Part shown: positions 62,893 through 64,000 of the stretch, one piece after another
Numbering within the stretch: the first letter of the stretch is position 1
How the letters are laid out: every line of letters begins with the position of its first letter
NCBI GenBank assembly: GCA_965222575.1
Contig: OZ244958.1
Coordinates: forward strand, 256,001-320,000
Source: Alphaproteobacteria bacterium
GTDB lineage: Bacteria; Pseudomonadota; Alphaproteobacteria; G965222575
DNA: 64,000 nucleotides
Reading direction: 5' to 3'
Position numbers and translations under genes: made by a program
Notes under the pieces: model-generated
What the model was told of the DNA's origin: nothing
The model's input: only the letters and a program-made list of their open reading frames with translations
Database searches by the model: none

Positions 62893-64000
62893 GAAATCTG
62901 TTCCTTAAGCATAGGAAGAGTCGTCTCTAGCCAATGAATATCATAGTTGCCATCCACAATATCCGGGTGATTTATAATCGCTCTGTGTAAAGGACACAAG
63001 GTTTTAATCCCTTCCACCACCATTTCTTCAAGGGCTCTGTCCATGCGTCTTAAGGCTTCATCTCTTGTGTTGCCTTTGGTAATGATTTTCGCAAACATAC
63101 TATCGTAACAAGAGGGCATGGTATAGCCGCTATAAGCCACCGTATCAACTCGTACACCGATGCCTCCCGGCATATGATAGTGTTCGATATATCCCGGCGA
63201 TGGTAAAAAGGTTAAGGGGTCTTCCGCATTTATACGGCACTCTATAGCGTGGCCTTTAGGCACCATGATATCCTCTTGAGAAAAGGAAAGTTTATTGCCT
63301 TGGGCAATATGGATTTGCTCTTTGACCAAATCAACACCAGAAATTTCCTCTGTAATAGGGTGTTCCACTTGTAGTCGTGTGTTCATCTCTATAAAATAGA
63401 GCTTTTTGCCATCATATAAGAACTCCAAAGTTCCAGCGCCAACATATCCGTACGCTTTTATGAAAGCGCAAATTTTTTGCATCATTTTTTGCCTTAAAGC
63501 CACTGGAAAATGTGGAGAAGGCGTTTCTTCAACGATTTTTTGATGCTTCCTTTGAGTCGAACAGTCTCTTTCTGGAAAACACACAACATTGCCATGGGTA
63601 TCTGCTAGGACTTGAAACTCTATATGTCGCGGATTCAACAGATACTTTTCAACATACATATCCCCGCATCCGAAAGCGACTCTTGCTTCTTGAGACGCTA
63701 GATCGTAAGCTCTTGCAAGAGAGCGTTTATCAGTGACCAAGCGCATGCCACGTCCCCCGCCTCCCGATACAGCTTTCAATAACACAGGAAACTTAAGGCG
63801 CTCAGCTTGTTCACCAGCCGCCTTAGCACTGTTCGCAACGCTCGTCACCCCCGGCACGGAAGGAATGTTGTACTGCGCCGCTGTGGCTTTCGCCATAACT
63901 TTATTCCCCATGGTACGAATGTGTTCAGGACTCGGGCCAATGAAAATCATGTTGTGTAAAAGAACAGCAGTAGCAAATTTTGCATTCTCCGCTAAAAATC
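62889..64000 (-). CDS. accC: Acetyl-CoA carboxylase biotin carboxylase (5' end outside window)
   Basis: GGGGRGMR, ERDCSTQR.HQK, EMNTRLQVEH, RINAE, YDSM. Confidence 0.95.
   Translation of the reverse strand, partial: FLAENAKFATAVLLHNMIFIGPSPEHIRTMGNKVMAKATAAQYNIPSVPGVTSVANSAKAAGEQAERLKFPVLLKAVSGGGGRGMRLVTDKRSLARAYDLASQEARVAFGCGDMYVEKYLLNPRHIEFQVLADTHGNVVCFPERDCSTQRKHQKIVEETPSPHFPVALRQKMMQKICAFIKAYGYVGAGTLEFLYDGKKLYFIEMNTRLQVEHPITEEISGVDLVKEQIHIAQGNKLSFSQEDIMVPKGHAIECRINAEDPLTFLPSPGYIEHYHMPGGIGVRVDTVAYSGYTMPSCYDSMFAKIITKGNTRDEALRRMDRALEEMVVEGIKTLCPLHRAIINHPDIVDGNYDIHWLETTLPMLKEQIS

Overview
Chromosomal window from a compact alphaproteobacterial genome, probably host-associated (inference from gene set and ankyrin cargo). 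Housekeeping blocks include plsX-rpmF, dnaE, coaBC, fabG, trxB, gyrB, a partial T2SS (gspH-like/G/E/F), tyrS, rpmJ, rpsU, cysS, rlpA, rpe, purH, recA, murA, mlaD and accC, plus four tRNAs. Three accessory zones interrupt them. (1) 11.3-17.6 kb: a decayed repeat region, then two paralogous secreted proteins with hypervariable blocks and a 15-bp VNTR in one predicted 5' UTR. (2) 26.2-47.2 kb: a defective prophage next to tRNA-Val with a Mu-like head, P2-like contractile tail, Panacea antitoxin pair, MuF-nuclease fusion and ankyrin genes. It has no terminase or integrase, a truncated portal and frameshifted baseplate genes. (3) 53.6-59.0 kb: an island next to tRNA-Met with an OLD-like ATPase-TOPRIM gene and what looks like a collapsed sister prophage with more ankyrin copies. 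The strongest novel signal is three solitary type I-C-like CRISPR repeats (43132-43163 +, 57253-57284 -, 58726-58757 -). Each sits at the predicted start site of its own sigma70-type promoter, with no array or cas gene in the window, making them candidate RNA anti-CRISPRs or crRNA-like regulators. A second unusual signal is the spread of CTAG-centred micro-palindromes and duplications into coding sequences. All calls come from reading the sequence and recalled family motifs; no searches were run.
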